Source: Ptychomitrium polyphyllum
Lineage: Eukaryota
Direction: 5' to 3'
Assembly (NCBI GenBank): GCA_973851085.1
Contig: OZ316775.1
Coordinates: 5,332,001 to 5,396,000 of the forward strand
DNA: 64,000 nucleotides
Positions 63,327 through 64,000 of the stretch are shown in pieces (within the stretch, counting starts at the first letter, position 1; each line of letters opens with the position of its first letter). The notes under the pieces were generated by a model. That model was not told the DNA's origin. It saw nothing but the letters and a program-made list of their open reading frames with translations, and did not search any database. The position numbers were made by a program, and so were the translations under genes.

Positions 63327-64000
63327 CTGCACATAAGCACAGACCCGCATAGAATCTAGTGAGCATCTGCACAGATAATTTAAACATTACAGATCGAGAT
63401 TCCAGCTCGCAATGAATTAGCCACTTCCGTAACCAGAGTCCTAGATCATACAGCATCAAAGAAAAGCTGGGAAGCAGTAGGGCTTCTGAAGCAGCTCTTC
63501 CATGTCCCAAATTAGCTTCTCAAGAACACCAGCGACATTCGAAGATTCCACTGGACTTGGCTTTTTTAGGTTAAAATAGTCCAACTATGGTGTCCTGATC
63601 ACCGGTCACAATTGAGCCACTAAAATTCTTGCATATCAAATTTGGTGCACTCCCCGTCTTGAAACCAAACTTATCTCGTTTCCAAACCTACACGGTACAA
63701 TGAAGAAAACTTGACAATGCATCTGTTCTTGATATGCTGGCAACGGCACCCAATCAAGTAATCCACCAGAAAATCCATCAGAAATATCCGTGTCCACGGA
63801 CATACTCAAACTGTGAGCGCACCATTGCGAAACCACATGCAAAAAATTAGGTCGCAAACAAACAGATACCCATCACAGTCTTCACACCCTACCAAGCCCC
63901 TGCCACACACTCTCACGGCCCAGTTCCATCCACTGACAAATAACTTACCAATCTCTACTCTCCACAGTAAAACTCTCACAATCACCCAACCGCCACGGAT

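Overview
Eukaryotic, land-plant genomic DNA. It is most likely a moss (Physcomitrium/Funariaceae-like), inferred from gene content, intron style and C-to-T-decayed Ty3/gypsy chromoviruses. Three intact spliced minus-strand genes were reconstructed exon by exon: an ECT/YTHDF-type m6A reader (1248-7709, with a U12-type first coding intron), a TBL/PC-esterase O-acetyltransferase (52945-54873) and a DCN1-like neddylation E3 (60384-63326, ATG exon unresolved). Between them is about 40 kb of AT-rich decayed repeat DNA. It includes a nested stack (about 22.9-46.3 kb) of two chromovirus families, called A and B here, solo LTRs and older LTR relics. Main observations: (1) both chromovirus families carry an extra sense ORF between the chromodomain and the PPT that is homologous at the protein level although the DNA is not obviously alignable by eye; (2) both use a tRNA-independent, Tf1-like self-priming PBS, with compensatory differences between families; (3) the LTR U3 regions are built from heat-shock-element-like repeats; (4) the ECT gene has a second U12-like donor behind a 20-nt candidate micro-exon, and a strong G-quadruplex motif just after its stop codon.
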